Assembly: GCA_918797485.1 (NCBI GenBank)
Contig: CAKKNE010000003.1
Coordinates: forward strand, 1-64,000
DNA from: Pelagomonas calceolata
Taxonomy: Eukaryota
DNA: 64,000 nucleotides
Reading direction: 5' to 3'
Positions 9,404 to 20,376 of the stretch are shown here, in pieces (positions within the stretch are counted from its first letter, which is position 1; each line of letters starts with the position of its first letter). The translations under genes and the position numbers were made by a program. The notes beneath the pieces were generated by a model that saw only the letters and a list, made by a program, of their open reading frames with translations, made no database searches and had not been told where the DNA came from.

Positions 9404-12400
9404 ATGTCGTGGAACCGCGGCCAGTACTTTGGCGGGAAGAAGGACGGCTGCGCGGACCACAGCGGCCGCCGGCACGAGCCGTCCGTCGTCGAGGACGAGT
9501 CGCAATTACCGGAGCACGAGCGCTGCGGCAACATGCACGCCTTGTCGTTCGCGAGCATCTGCGCGCGCCTGGACCGCGCCGAAGCGCCGGGGCCCCAGTC
9601 GGCGAAGCACGGCCTCGTCTTCGACCGAGAGCTCCTCAAGGCCGCGGGCAAGCAGTCGCTCTACCCCGTCGTGCGGCTCCTGTGCACGAGCCTCGACGTC
9701 GGACGGCGGAACTTTGGCCTCAAGGAGAAGGGCCTCGCGCAGCTCTACCTGCAGCTCACTGGATTAAAAGGCGCGGACCCGGCGAAAAATAAAGCCGCGG
9801 GCAAGCTCCACTTCTTCGCCGGCACGGCGTCGGCGCGCGGCACGCACATGGGCGCGGAGCTCGGCGCGGCGCTCGTGGAAGTGCTGAAGGGCCGCGTGCC
9901 GCCGCACGGCGACATGACGCTGGGCGAGGTGCACGATTTCCTCGACCAGCTCGCGCGCATGACGAAGAGCGAGACGAAGCGGACGATCTTCGAAAAGGTC
10001 TACACGCGCCTGAGCCCGCGCGAGCACAAGTGGCTCGCGCGCGTCATTATCGGCAATTTGAAGCTCGGCGGCCTCGGGGACAACACGATCTTCAAGCACC
10101 TGCACCGGTCGGCGAAGGACCGGTATGCGGAGTGCCAGAACCTGAAAAAGGTCTGCGCCGAGTACGCCGTGGGCGGCCCGGGCCACAACGCCGCGGCGAC
10201 GCCCGCGGGCCGCGTCGAGCCCGGCGAGTCCTTCAAGCCGATGCTGGCGCACGGCGAGCCGAACATCGACGACCAGGCGACGCACACCGTGCGGGAGCTG
10301 CAACGCGTCGCCAAGAAGCGGTTCGGCATCGAGGGCGTGCCGCCGATCACGTGCGAGGTGAAGCTCGACGGCGAGCGGATCATGGCCCACCTCGTGAACG
10401 GCGAGATACGCCTCTGGACGCGGAGCCCGACGGACTACACGTCCCACTACGGGCCCTGCATCTCGGAGACGCTCCTTAAGTGCTTGCAGGGATGCGACGC
10501 GGCGATCCTGGACGGCGAGTGCCTCGCGGTGTGCACGCAGACGGGCGAGTGCGTGCGCTTCGGGTCGAACCAGACGTGTTCGCGCGTCGAGCGTGCGCTT
10601 AAGGATCGAGGGCTGCCGACGGTGCACTTTGACCCCAACGACGAGCACGTCGTCAAGTCGATCGAGGAGTCGGTGGCCCAGATGAACGACTCGACGGTGG
10701 ACGCGGAGCAGATCAAGACGGCTCGTTTGGTGTTCGTGTGCTTTGATGCGTTATATCTGAGCGGGGACGGCGCGGAGGAGCTGCTGGGCGAGGACGACGC
10801 CGGCAAGAAGATCAAGCCGGGCGCGCTCGGGCACCTCCCCCTGAAAATAAGAAGGCGCATCGCCGAGCGTATCACGAGAAGGGAAGACGCGGCGTTCCGG
10901 CGCATCCGCATGGTGGAGCATATTAACATTACAGATACAGAAGACAAAAAGCGGGTCGATCAGCTCCACGCGTTCTACGACCAGGTCGTCTCGAGGGGCG
11001 GCGAGGGCGTCGTCGTCAAGCTCCTGGACTCGCCCTACATCCTAGGAGAGCGGTCGCGCGCGACGCGGGCGTGGATCAAGCTCAAGCCCGAGTACGGCGC
11101 CGACGGCGACATCCCGCGGCTCGACTATTTAATAGTGGCGGGCAACTGGTCCGACGCGGCGACGGGCGGGCGCACGGGGCGCCTGTCCAAGTACACGGTG
11201 GCGGCGCGGTGCCCGCACACGGGCCGCTTCTACGCGGTCGGGAGGGTGGGCACGGGCTACGGCTTTGCGCGCGTCAAGGATATCCACGAAAAACTAAAGG
11301 GCAATCTGGACAACTACGACCCGAAGTCGCGCCCGGACTGGCTGGACGGCGGGTGGCACCCAAAACCCGACAACAGGCCCGACTTGATAGTACGGGACCC
11401 GTCCAAGTCCCTGGTCCTGGAAATAAAGTGCGCCGAGCTCGTCGTCTCGACCGAATACGGGAGCGTGGGCCGCACGTTCCGGTTCCCGCGCGTCGAGCGC
11501 GTCCGCGAGGACAAGGGCGCCGACGACGTGTCGACGCTCGACGAGGTGCGGCGCGTCGGCGAGCGCAAGCGCACCGTTGCCAAGATCGGCGGCGCCGGCG
11601 CCGGCGGCAAGAAGAAGAAGAAGAAAATCACGCGCAAGCAGGCGGACGGCGTCCGGCGCGACCAGCTCGTCGACGTCGAGGCGCTCGAGGAGCTGCGGCA
11701 GGCCTCGACGAAGCCCAAGGTGTTCAAGAAGGACGAGTTCCTCGCGCTGCCGTCGGCGCGCTGCGGCGACCTGGACCGGCCGGCGCTGCTGCAGCTGATC
11801 GCCGAGGCGGGCGGCGTCGTGCGGAGCGCCGCGCCGGACGAGTTCGACCCCGACGCGCCGCTGATCGTCCTCGGCGCGGCGGGCGACGGCCGTCTGCTCA
11901 TGGTCACGGCCTACGCGTCGACGGGCTACGCCGTGCTCGACGCGGCCTGGTGCGCCGAGTGCGTCGCCGCCGGCGTGCGCCTCGCGCCGGCGCCGCGCCA
12001 CTACCTCGCGACGCCGCCGCCGCAGAAGCTCGAGGAGCTGCAGCAGACCTTCGAGCCGGTCTGGGGCCTGCCTAGATTTCGCGCGCCGTCGGTCGACGAG
12101 CTCCGGACCTGCGCGGCGCACGCGCGGGCGCACCGCGGCGGCCACTGGTTCTACGACGACGCTGTTGTTGATGAGGCGCCGGACACCGACGCCGCGCTCG
12201 CGGCGCACGGCGTGACGCCGCTCTCGCGCGTCCTGCGCCCGGCGCGCGTCGCCGTCGCGCCGGAGACCGCCTGCCTCGCGTCGCGGCTCCGGCTCTACGG
12301 CGCGACCGTCGTGGCCCCGGACGCCGCGACGCACGTGCTCGCCGACGTCTGGGCCGCGGCGCCGCCGGCCAACGGGGCCCCGGTCGTGAACCGCGCGTGG

Positions 12401-12559
12401 CTCGACGATTGTGTGGTACAGAGACGTGTCGTTCCCGTTGTCCAGGAGCGGCACGCCCCACCTTCGTTTCTCGCCGCGCCCGTCGTGCCGCGGCCGGCTT
12501 CTCCTCCTCCAGTGGCTGCCGCGGCCGAGCCCGAGTCGGACGAGGACTCTTTCGCTTGA
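9404..12559 (+). CDS. LIG4: DNA ligase IV
   Basis: Adenylation motif EVKLDGER, ILDGE, GEGVVVK, WIKLKPEY, FRFPR, and two C-terminal BRCT-like domains. Confidence 0.93.
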   Translation: MSWNRGQYFGGKKDGCADHSGRRHEPSVVEDESQLPEHERCGNMHALSFASICARLDRAEAPGPQSAKHGLVFDRELLKAAGKQSLYPVVRLLCTSLDVGRRNFGLKEKGLAQLYLQLTGLKGADPAKNKAAGKLHFFAGTASARGTHMGAELGAALVEVLKGRVPPHGDMTLGEVHDFLDQLARMTKSETKRTIFEKVYTRLSPREHKWLARVIIGNLKLGGLGDNTIFKHLHRSAKDRYAECQNLKKVCAEYAVGGPGHNAAATPAGRVEPGESFKPMLAHGEPNIDDQATHTVRELQRVAKKRFGIEGVPPITCEVKLDGERIMAHLVNGEIRLWTRSPTDYTSHYGPCISETLLKCLQGCDAAILDGECLAVCTQTGECVRFGSNQTCSRVERALKDRGLPTVHFDPNDEHVVKSIEESVAQMNDSTVDAEQIKTARLVFVCFDALYLSGDGAEELLGEDDAGKKIKPGALGHLPLKIRRRIAERITRREDAAFRRIRMVEHINITDTEDKKRVDQLHAFYDQVVSRGGEGVVVKLLDSPYILGERSRATRAWIKLKPEYGADGDIPRLDYLIVAGNWSDAATGGRTGRLSKYTVAARCPHTGRFYAVGRVGTGYGFARVKDIHEKLKGNLDNYDPKSRPDWLDGGWHPKPDNRPDLIVRDPSKSLVLEIKCAELVVSTEYGSVGRTFRFPRVERVREDKGADDVSTLDEVRRVGERKRTVAKIGGAGAGGKKKKKKITRKQADGVRRDQLVDVEALEELRQASTKPKVFKKDEFLALPSARCGDLDRPALLQLIAEAGGVVRSAAPDEFDPDAPLIVLGAAGDGRLLMVTAYASTGYAVLDAAWCAECVAAGVRLAPAPRHYLATPPPQKLEELQQTFEPVWGLPRFRAPSVDELRTCAAHARAHRGGHWFYDDAVVDEAPDTDAALAAHGVTPLSRVLRPARVAVAPETACLASRLRLYGATVVAPDAATHVLADVWAAAPPANGAPVVNRAWLDDCVVQRRVVPVVQERHAPPSFLAAPVVPRPASPPPVAAAAEPESDEDSFA

Positions 12560-12712
12560 TTTGTTGTGCTAAGTATGCTTCTGTGTTCGAACCGCACTAC
12601 TTACCGCACGTGGCCCCATGGCGCGAGGCAGATGGTAGTAGAAGTACGAGTATACACGAGATGCCCCCCATCCGTCTGACGCGGGCGGGAGCGGTGTTGT
12701 TGGGTGGGGAAC

Positions 12713-14112
12713 TCAGGGCCCCTTGCGTGCCGGCGGCGTCGCCGGCCGCTGCGCGACGCCCGCGAGCGCCTGGCGCTTCGCTTTTTCTGCCGGCTTTAGG
12801 ATCTGGAAGGAGCACATGAGCGTCTCGTCGACGGCCATCATGCCGCCCGCGTTGTCGAACTCGCCGCAGTAGTTCGGCGCCGAGAAGATCGTGACGAGCT
12901 GCCTTCGCGCGAAGAACTCGTAGCCGTCCTCGACGACCTGGTGCGCCCGGCAGACCAGGTCCAAGTCCATCTTGCGGCGGGCGCGCGGACGATGTCCTCG
13001 CCGAACGTGAACGAGACGCCGCGGTCGTTCTCGCCCCAGCCGACCATGTCCTTGTCCGGGTCGCTCCAGAGCAGATCGCACAGCAGGCCCGTGTCCGGCA
13101 CGTCCGTCGGCCGCACGATCTTTTTGATCTGGTCGAGCTGCTGCAATTCCGGACTCAAGCCGCCGTGGCAGCAGAAGATCTTCTCGTCGACGATGGCCGC
13201 CACCGGCAGGCAGTTGAAGCAGTCCGTGAAGGTCTTCCACATCTTGATGTTGTACCTTCTTTTACATTCGTCGTAGAAGCCGTAAATTCTGTTGATCGAG
13301 GCGCACTCGTGGTTGCCCCGCAGGATGAAAAAGTTTTCGGGGTACTTGATTTTAAAGGCGAGTAGTCTGTGTGGAAATCAACCAGTGTGTTGGGTGCACC
13401 CGACAATCCTTCACTAAGTCATTTCTCGGCGATGACGCTGCCATCCTGGCTCGGTCGAGCGGTGAGGAACCGGCATCGCCACGCCATCGAGCAGGCGCCG
13501 CGTCGATGGCGTTGAGGACGACGCGATGATTCAGCACGAACGCGCCGTAAAATTTTGATTTCCACACAGCTAGTAGCAAGCAGATCGTCTCGAGGGATTG
13601 TTTGCCTCTGTCTACGTAGTCGCCCAGGAAGAGGTAGTTTGCTTCGGGCGGGAAGCCTCCGTACTCGAATAATCTCAATAGATCATGGTATTGGCCGTGG
13701 ACATCGCCACCTGTGTGGAAATCAAAATTTTACGGCGCGTTCGTGCTGAATCGCCGCGTCGTCCTCCACGCCATCGACGCGACGCCTGCTCGATGGCGTG
13801 GCGATGCCGGTTCCTCGCCGCTCGACCGAGCCAGGACAGCCGCGCCATCGCCGCGAGGTGACTTAGTGAAGAATTGTCGGGTGCACCCACCCTTGGTTGA
13901 TTTCCACACAGATCGCCACAAATCTTGATGGGCGCCTCGAGCTCGAGCAGGATGGGCTGCGCCATGAAGACCTCCCTCGCCCTAATGCATAACATACGGA
14001 TCTCGTTGTCCTCGAGCGCCACCTGTTTTCCCGGGCGCTCGCCGCGGACGCTAAGGAGTTTTTCCAGCACCGCGTCGACGGCGTCGGTACTGCTGGTGGC
14101 CATTTGAGCCAT
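12713..14112 (-). CDS. PP1: Ser/Thr protein phosphatase 1 catalytic subunit; exons 14112-13920, 13710-13578, 13366-12713 (one frameshift near 12980)
   Basis: Splicing restores [55 protein letters not shown] and SAPNYC. Confidence 0.95.
13367..13569. mobile_element. Introner element (non-autonomous TIR transposon), 203 bp; forms GC-AG intron 13577-13367 of PP1
   Basis: Perfect 15-bp TIRs CTGTGTGGAAATCAA / TTGATTTCCACACAG. Flanks CGAGTAGT / CTAGTAGC (6/8 TSD match). Confidence 0.92.
13711..13911. mobile_element. Introner element, 201 bp, inverted relative to the previous copy; forms GT-AG intron 13919-13711 of PP1
   Basis: Same 15-bp TIRs. Perfect 8-bp TSD ATCGCCAC at 13703-13710 and 13912-13919. 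Confidence 0.95.
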
Positions 14113-14819
14113 AGTTGCGTCTGCGCTTAGCGCGAAGGCTGCGCGGTTCTAAATGCTGTCTTGCGGCGGCTTTATCGCTGCTCGGCCGCGGCGCCGCGCC
14201 TTGTTTGCCCCTGTGGTGCAGCTCTGGCTGTACCTCTTGCCGCTGCCTGGGGAAGACCGGCGCGTCGCTGTGGTATCGCTGGCGGCCTACTGAGGAGGTC
14301 TACCAGCGTCCCGAGGGTCCCAGCAGTGCGGAGGGCGGTTGCCGCGCACGCTCAAGCGACGACGAGCAAAAGCTCGAGGTACTGGTATGATGGCTCCTTG
14401 ATCCCTCTGTGCGCCGTGCGCACGTCTGTAGGCGTCTTGGAGCATTCCTCCAAATTCGAGCAGAAGTGAAAATCAACTTGTTTGCAAGAGGGCAGCGCGC
14501 GCGTCTGCAGCGCGCCTCCAGCCTGAGCAGTCCGTCGTGGCAGTTCGAGGACTCCTACCGCGTGTTGGAACGGTTGCTCTCGCTGTCCGACGCCGCTCCG
14601 GTCGTCGGCCCGGGCTCGAGGCTCAGCATGTTGGCTGCAGTGGCACGCTGTCTCGACTGGTTACGCACAATATAAATCGGTGTGACTACTGAAACGAGCC
14701 GCAGGCATCCCTGCCGAGCCGCTGCTTCAATTGTAATCCAAGCAGCTCTGACCACGCAGAGTGCTCAGGCTGCAGTGCCTGCCACAGCAGCATAGCGGCA
14801 CAATCGCTGCGAAAAGAAG

Positions 14820-15275
14820 ATGTCCGGCAGCATCCCGCCCCAACTCACCGCCGACGACGCGCGCCGCGTGGCCGACGTGCGTCGGGACGTGTGGACCGCC
14901 GGCTTGCGAGGCGCGGTCGCCGGCGTGTTCATCGGCTCGACGGGCTGGCTGGGCGCGCGGCACCTGAATATGCTCCCGAAGGCCTTCCGGACGCCGAACC
15001 ACTTTAGTCTGGCGACGATGGGCTGCGGCGCGCTCGTGAGCTTCCTGAGCTCGCTGGCCGCGGGGAAGAACAGCGTGCAGCGCATCGGCGACGTCTTCTC
15101 GCGCGGGGCGGTCAAGCCGGACGCGGAGCGACGGCCCGTCTCGGCGCTGCAGCTCGCGCGGGCGAACGGTTTCACCGACGACATCGCCGCGCGGCGCCGC
15201 GGCCGCGCGCACGCGCTCAGCCACGGCGACGACGAGGCGCGGCACGGCTTCGCGCCAAAGCCGCCCGACTCGTGA
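14820..15275 (+). CDS. Small hypothetical membrane protein (2 hydrophobic helices)
   Basis: 151-aa ATG ORF with coding-like codon use and two TM-like segments. Confidence 0.6.
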   Translation: MSGSIPPQLTADDARRVADVRRDVWTAGLRGAVAGVFIGSTGWLGARHLNMLPKAFRTPNHFSLATMGCGALVSFLSSLAAGKNSVQRIGDVFSRGAVKPDAERRPVSALQLARANGFTDDIAARRRGRAHALSHGDDEARHGFAPKPPDS

Positions 15276-15372
15276 CTCCGTCACACTCGTGTGTAAGTCT
15301 GTTTGTTCAATACTCGCGACAGTCCGCGGCGTTTAGTACGGGAGAAGGTAAAGCCGACTGCCGAAAAAAAAG

Positions 15373-16898
15373 CTAGCCGCCGACCTTCTTGATGTACTGG
15401 CCCGCCTGGTCGGCCGTGAAGCCGTCGGGCAGCTTGCCGTCGTAGGAGTCGTTGTGCCAGGGCATCTGCTCGCCCTTCTGCTCGGCCGCGAGCTCGGCGG
15501 CCTCGAGGTCGAAGACGCTCGTCGTCGCCTCGTTCCACATGAGGTCCTGCTGCTCGCGCGCGCTCGTGACGTCGCCGTACAATTCCGTCGCCACCGTCTC
15601 GGCGATGGCGGCGATTTGGTTGATGCGCACCATGAGGGGCTCGCCGTTGTCGTCGATGTTCCCAAAGTCGGCGATGAGCTGCTGGCACGCGGCGATGAAC
15701 TTGGTCGGGTCGACCTCGGGGCCCTCCTGCGTCTTCTTGGCCGCGTCCTTGCCGTAGTCCTCGCCGAAGCTCAGGGCCAGGCCCTCCTTGGGCTCGAAGG
15801 CTCTTTGGAGAATCGTTTTCTTGGTCTCGTCGTCGTCCGTGCGCAGCAGCGCTCAACAACCGTTTCTCGGGCGCGTCCTTGGCGATGCGCTTGTCCATCT
15901 CGTCGCGGCACCGGTTCGCCAGGTTCTTCATGAGCTCGGCCGCGCCGGCGCCCGCCGCGCCCGCCGCGAGCGCCTGCTGCCGGTTCGCGTCGAGCAGTTC
16001 CACCAAAGGCGCGTCGATCTGGTTGATGATGGCGAGCTCCTGGATCTTCGCGAACATCTTCTCGGGCGAGCCCTGCTGCATGACGGTCCCCAGCCGGGCG
16101 GCGGCCTGCTCGAGGCGCTTCGCCGAGAGCGAGTTGACCGCCTCGATGATGGCGTTGAGGGCCTGCGTGTCGGGCCGGTCGCCCGCGTCGCGCCGCTCCG
16201 TCGCCAGCGCGAGCAGGGAGTAGTCGCACCGTTCGAACGCGCCCTCGACGGCGCCGCGAGCTCGCCCTTGGCCTCGGCCTGGACGAATTCCGACAGCAGC
16301 GCGTCGTACGTCCGAGCGCGTCGCCGTAGAGGCCCGCCTCGCCCGGGCCTTCGCTCCGCGCCTCGCGCGCCATCTCGGCGTACTGCTCGATGCCGGACGC
16401 GACGGCCGCCGCGCCCAGGACCTGCTCCGTGTCGACGACCACCTCGCCGCGCGCGAGCGCCGCCGCGCGCTCGGCCTCGGCCTCGACCTCGGCTTCGATC
16501 CGAGCCTGCGCCTCTTCGGCTTCTTTCGTCATTTTTTCGACCATGTCCAGCGTCGCCCGGATCATGTCCACGAGGCTCTTTAGGCCTTCTCTTTCTTCCA
16601 TGTCGTCGCTGTCCTCGGCCTTGTCGGAGACGAACTTGAGAAAGTCCTCGGTGTACAGCTCCGGCGCCGAGGCGACGTCCTCGCGCGGGTCGCGCGAGCT
16701 GAAGATCAATTCTCCGAGCAGCACGTCGTGGTCCTTGTCGCTGGCGCCGCCGCCCGCCGGGGTGACCGGCGCTATGCTTTGGCCTTTGGCGTCGAGCAGA
16801 TTGACCACGGGCGCCCGCCGCTGATAAAGAGACGGCATCGCCGGGCGGAGCGCCCTGACCGTCGTCGTCGCGGCCACGAGCAGCGCTGCTGTCCGCAT
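15373..16898 (-). CDS. Putative plastid-targeted protein resembling the At4g37920-like family; several frameshifts
   Basis: Signal peptide MRTAALLVAATTTVRAL. Coding phase runs across several ORF frames. The PEKRLLSALLRT..ILQRAFEP segment resembles that family (recognised by eye). Confidence 0.6.
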
Positions 16899-17402
16899 GG
16901 TGTTGAGTGGCTTGGTCGGGCGAGGGCTTCCTAGGGCGCAAGGCTGCACTCTGTTACGGTGCACTCGGCTGAAACGCTGAACGGTTGACGTGGCTCGTTG
17001 ATACGGCGTACTGGGTCGATCGCAGCACAGACGCTATGCCTGAAACGGTCTTCAGCAAGGACGCTCCGGACAGCAACCAAAACACGCTGTCCTACGCAAC
17101 ACCGCTCCTCGCCCGTCTCAAAGTTTTGCAACCGACTCACATCCGGAATGGTGCGCTCTAGCGGTGAGGAAGGCGCCTGGTTTGAACGGGCGCCGCCAAT
17201 GGGCACTAGCGCGGGGCGCCGCAGAGGCGCTGATCGAGAGCGCCGTGCTCCCGTGCTGCCGCGCCTCCGCAACAACGCGAGAGGCTGCCCAGATCCTCGT
17301 GCACCAACGGTGCGGAACTTCTGATCACGAGCCAACGGTACCAGCACACCGGAGGAACAGATTGGCTGCCCAGAGTCTGTGACAACCTAGCTTAAGGAAG
17401 AG

Positions 17403-18128
17403 ATGGACAGCAGCAAGCAATTCGGTGGAGATGCCTCACTGAAGGAGTATATGGAAACCAACGACGGCGCCGCGAGCTCCACCATTTCCGTCGAGCAGCA
17501 AGCGCAAACGCTGGCGCGGATGACCCTCTTCGAGCGGCAGCGGCGGCGGCGCCTCAGCGCCACGCGCGCGGCGGTCCGGAAGGACGAGGCCGGTACGGCG
17601 GACGCGCGGGCGCGGCGCCGGCGCGACAAGCTCGCGGCGCTGTCGCCGCTCGCCAAGGCCGCCGGCGTCGACGCGACCGACGGCGTCCACGCGCGGCTCG
17701 CGAAGTGCGACCGCTGCAGCACGCGGTCGATCCACCGTGCGCGCTCGGCCACGTCCGCGCGGACGCGGGAACTGGCCGCGTCCGCGGGCCGCGCCGCGCT
17801 GCGCCGCCAGCGCGGGCCCCGCGAGGCGCTCGACGCGCAGCGCGCCGAGGCCCCCGTGACCCCCGGCGCCGTCGTCGCCCCCGTGCCACACGCGAAGCTC
17901 ACGGGCAAGCAGCGCCGCCTCGTCAACGCGCACCGGCTCCGGCAGGACCCGCCCGTCGCGAGCTTCGACCTCTACCCGGACGCGTACCACGCCGACGCGC
18001 ACCGGTCCGCGCCAGTCTTCGGGGACGCCGGGGACCGCAAAACCATCGTCGACGCGCAACCCGTCCAGCCGTTCGCGGTCAGCGATCTCGCGAAAAAGGA
18101 GCGCGCGTCGTGCGTGTCGCTCGTTTAG
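17403..18128 (+). CDS. Hypothetical protein
   Basis: 241-aa ATG ORF followed by an AT-rich 3' end. Confidence 0.55.
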   Translation: MDSSKQFGGDASLKEYMETNDGAASSTISVEQQAQTLARMTLFERQRRRRLSATRAAVRKDEAGTADARARRRRDKLAALSPLAKAAGVDATDGVHARLAKCDRCSTRSIHRARSATSARTRELAASAGRAALRRQRGPREALDAQRAEAPVTPGAVVAPVPHAKLTGKQRRLVNAHRLRQDPPVASFDLYPDAYHADAHRSAPVFGDAGDRKTIVDAQPVQPFAVSDLAKKERASCVSLV

Positions 18129-18213
18129 TAACTCTGTTGTTTTATGTATCACGAGTACTTATACCAATCAGATGATCACAACGGGACAGGGATGGGGTGG
18201 ATGGGGACATGTA

Positions 18214-19159
18214 CTAGTCGTTCTCCTCGCCGGAGAGGAACGGCAACGCCGCGCCGACGCCGCCGACGAGGAGGTTGTCCGTGATGCCGGGGACGAACGG
18301 TACGCCGACGGCGAGACCTCCGAGGCCCAGCGCGACCGACGTCGCCAGGGTCTTGGCCTCGGGCCGGTGCGACTCCGGGAAGAGTCCGACCAGCGCCGCG
18401 CTCGCGTCGACGACCTCCTCTTTGACCCGCTCGACGGCGGCGTCGCCGAAGACGCTCACCGCCAGCGACGAAGCGCCGCCAAGCACGACGTCCGTGATGC
18501 CCGAGGCAGCTTTTCGGGCGTCGGAGAGCGACGCGTTCTCCACGTAGTCCGAGACCACGACTACCGCGCGGTCGAGCTTCTCCTGGGCGCCGTACTGCTC
18601 GTCTAGCTTGTCTAGGCGCGCCGCCTATGTGGAATGCATCAGGGGCGCCTTGAAATTTGATTTCAACACAGCGTGTCACGGAGAGCTTCGCGAGCGCCTC
18701 GAGCCGCACGGCCGCCGCCGACGCCAGCTTGCCGTCAAGCCCTGTTGCTAATTCGAACTGGGCGTCGATGCCGTCGGCGCGGACCTTGGCGGCCGCCGCG
18801 GCGACGCTGTCGAGGGCCGAAGCCAGGACGAAGCGTTTCACGGGCGGCGGCGGCGGAGGAGGCTTGACAACGGCGGATGGCCGCGTGGCCGCGAACGCGC
18901 CGGCCGCGGCGACGACCAGCGCGCAGGCGACGGCGGCCGCGATGAGGCCGGGCTGGCGCCGCGACGCCGTCGACGCTTCGTCGAGCGTCACCTCTTCGTC
19001 GTCGCTCTTGGAGTCGAGCAAGACCCAGCTCTCGCTCGGCGTCGCGATGACGATGCCGTCGTCTTCTTGGTCGCTCTTGGAGACGGCTTCGTTGGCTGCG
19101 ATCGGGCTGGCCACGTCCTCGAAACCGTCACCGATGGCTCCTTTGTCGAGAGTGTTCAT
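18214..19159 (-). CDS. Hypothetical membrane protein; exons 19159-18680 and 18624-18214
   Basis: A 55-nt GT-AG intron (18679-18625) joins two ORFs in frame (160 + 137 codons). TM-like segments are present. Confidence 0.7.
18625..18671. mobile_element. Internally deleted mini-introner (47 bp)
   Basis: Ends CTATGTGGAA... and ...TTGATTTCAACACAG. Flanks CGCGCCGC / CGTGTCAC (5/8, all differences are transitions). Confidence 0.75.
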
Positions 19160-19334
19160 AATTCTTAGAGAGAGCTTACACCTGGACCTCGTAAATTGCG
19201 TCTAGATGCCCTTTCGAGATCGAAAAAGCACAGCAGACTCGCAGAGACCTCGCGGTAGACTATTTCCGATCTTTGTTTCGCAGCCTCGGTGTCCTTGTTC
19301 GGCGGTGACGTGCGATGAACAAATTGAGAGGCTT

Positions 19335-19358
19335 GCTAGTGTCTTACCGGCCGCTAGC
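19335..19358 (-). promoter_or_regulatory. Conserved intergenic motif, copy 2
   Basis: Reverse complement reads GCTAGCGGCCGGTAAGACACTAGC; lies between divergent gene starts. Confidence 0.6.
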
Positions 19359-19618
19359 ACAAAAAATATAACAGAGCCAAAAGGCGCTTTTAGCCATCTT
19401 GCCAGGCCCGGGCGTGGACTGTGTTAAGGACAGACCTTTAGAATACAAGCAACCAGCAGCACAGCAAAAAAATCGCGCGAGAAAAGACGCTCCCGCCGCT
19501 GCAGGCGACGTAAAAAAGTGCTGCGTAAAAAGCCGACCCCGCGGCGGTCCACGGCTAGGCGGCCTTCTCTAAGCAAAGCAAGCAAAAACAGCAGCAAACA
19601 AAACAGCAAAAACAACAA

Positions 19619-20353
19619 ATGGCGGAGGCACAAAAACTCCACGCCGACGTCGACCCGATCTACTTCTCGCCGAATTTCAAGCCCATGGTCAAGCTCGTCG
19701 AGATCTTGTCGGCCGAGGCGCGCCGCGCCAAGCACACGACGGAAGACGACAGCGACGACGACACGCTGCGGACGGGCGTGCGCGTCCACGCGTTGGAGGG
19801 CGCCGTGGCGACGCTCGCCGATTTGGGCCCCGCGGCGACCGTGCGCGACCTGCGCCGCGCCGTCGCGCGCGCCGTCGGCGTGGCCGCGGCGGACCAGCGG
19901 CTCTACGCGTCGGCGGCGGGCCGCCTCGAGCTGGTCAAGGACGACGACGCGACGCTGCTGGACGCGGGCGTCTGGCTGCCGGACGAACCCCGCGGCGCGG
20001 TGCACCTGCGGAGCGCCGCGTACGAGCGGCTCCAGCGGCAGCTCGCGACGGCGACGGGCGCCGTCGAGCAGCTGCTCGAGCAGCGCTACGGCCCCTTCCA
20101 CGCGTCCGTCAGCAGCGTGCGCACGACCGCGGCGCAGTACCAAACGTTACGTAAACTCGCCGCCGACGCGAAGACGTCCGTCGACGCCTGCCGGGCGCAG
20201 CTCGGCCTCCGGCGGCCCGTGGAGATCGACGGCCTCGCGGACCGCGCGGAGGCGGAGCCCGCCGGCGCGCGCGTCCTCGAGCACTGGGAGGCCCAGGTCG
20301 AGGCCGAGGAGGCGCTCCGGCTGCTGGCCGAGCTGAGACCTCATGCTCGGTGA
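19619..20353 (+). CDS. Exocyst Sec8/Vps51-like N-terminal region with an inserted ubiquitin-like domain; short
   Basis: DPIYFSPNFKP, AVEQLLEQRYGPFHASVSSV coiled coil, and a Ubl-like ATVRDLRRAV..ADQRLY..DDATLLDAGV insert. Confidence 0.5.
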   Translation: MAEAQKLHADVDPIYFSPNFKPMVKLVEILSAEARRAKHTTEDDSDDDTLRTGVRVHALEGAVATLADLGPAATVRDLRRAVARAVGVAAADQRLYASAAGRLELVKDDDATLLDAGVWLPDEPRGAVHLRSAAYERLQRQLATATGAVEQLLEQRYGPFHASVSSVRTTAAQYQTLRKLAADAKTSVDACRAQLGLRRPVEIDGLADRAEAEPAGARVLEHWEAQVEAEEALRLLAELRPHAR

Positions 20354-20376
20354 ATCTGTATGTGTTTAAGTTAATG

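Noticed and set aside
12970..12990. Frameshift in PP1 as pseudogenisation or programmed frameshifting
   Set aside because: The protein is highly conserved on both sides, there is no slippery site, and similar small indels hit many GC-rich genes here. Long-read consensus error is more likely; check with short reads.
15373..16898. Multiple frameshifts read as a pseudogene (also EamA, the 20.4-20.9 kb gene and the polymerase)
   Set aside because: Codon bias stays strong and the indels fall in GC-rich runs, so assembly error cannot be separated from decay without reads.
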